The position numbers and the translations under genes were made by a program. 32,000 nucleotides of DNA, taken from positions 30,001 through 62,000 of the forward strand of contig NW_008806296.1 in NCBI RefSeq assembly GCF_000400465.1, written 5' to 3'. Positions 31,270-32,000 of this stretch are shown piece by piece; position 1 is the stretch's first letter, and every line of letters begins with the position of its first letter. Under the pieces are notes generated by a model. The model saw nothing but the letters and a program-made list of their open reading frames with translations, ran no database searches and was not told the origin of the DNA. Source of the stretch: Wallemia ichthyophaga EXF-994 (taxonomy: Eukaryota; Fungi; Basidiomycota).

Positions 31270-32000
31270 ATGGCGAAAATTAAATTCGACGGCGACGGAA
31301 ATAAGCAGGAGACAAACGGGAAGCGTGAGACGTCTCCGGTGAAAGGTTCTGCTCCGCCATTTGCCTCATCTGTCTCATCTCCGTCGAAGAAGAAACGGAT
31401 TTACTTTGACGCAGATGGCATGGATGATGGTATACGCGACAGTGCACGCGATAGTAATCATTACTCCACTCATGACTCCACCAATTCCCCCCATAAAGCT
31501 CGTCGGAAAGCGCACAAGAAGGTCGACATTGAACAACGCAACCGAATGCTCGAAATAAGGAAACAGCTGCCTATTTGGACAGGTGCGTTGAGCGTGCAGA
31601 TTGTGTACCACCACTCACACACACTCAGGCCGTGAAGCGCTCATCGATGCTGTCCACAACAACGACATCATCGTCGTTCTCGGCGAGACTGGTTCTGGTA
31701 AAACAACGCAACTTCCTCAATTTCTCCTTGAGAGTGGAATTGGTAGTGGTCGTAAAATAGCTGTCACTCAACCCCGTCGTGTCGCTGCCGTGTCCCTCGC
31801 TCACCGCGTTTCACAAGAAACAGGCACCCAACTAGGTAGTCTTGTCGGTTACAGTGTCAGATTCGATGATATGTCGTGGAAAGGCACGCGACTCAAGTAC
31901 ATGACTGATGGTATGCTCATGCGCGAGCTACTCTCAGATGAGCTGCTGTCTCAATACGGTGTGATTGTTATAGACGAAGCACACGAGCGCACCCTCCGCA
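31270..32000 (+). CDS. DEAH-box RNA helicase (Dhr2/DHX33-like), 3'-partial
   Basis: RKQLPIW, then after an intron GETGSGKTTQLPQ, TQPRRVAA, VGYSVRF, TDGML and DEAHER. Confidence 0.92.

Overview
Eukaryotic (fungal) genomic DNA with ~45-nt GT-AG introns and very short intergenic spacers. Gene content looks basidiomycete-like; a Wallemia-like compact genome is my inference, not proven. Two gene-dense flanks carry ordinary genes: GH32 invertase, SDE2, ATG22, SFK1-like, CTU2/NCS2, a GPI-anchored Cys-rich protein, MED18, a CDC25-type RasGEF, a Rap/Ras GTPase, nitronate monooxygenase, a zinc-finger protein and a DEAH helicase. Between them lies a ~8 kb gene-poor island (7.5-15.8 kb) bounded by an inverted pair of intron-containing tRNA-Ala(UGC) genes. 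The island holds a tRNA-Leu(AAG) with an 8-nt intron and at least six pieces of an RNase H-type LINE family; one piece has a 12-bp target-site duplication and splits a 299-codon gene. The top finding is at 9098-9174 (minus strand): a complete, circularly permuted tRNA-Thr(CGU) gene. Its 3' half precedes its 5' half, the linker is 4 nt, the leader and trailer pair in bulge-helix-bulge register, and a Pol III terminator follows. I know this gene architecture from algae and one archaeon but not from fungi.
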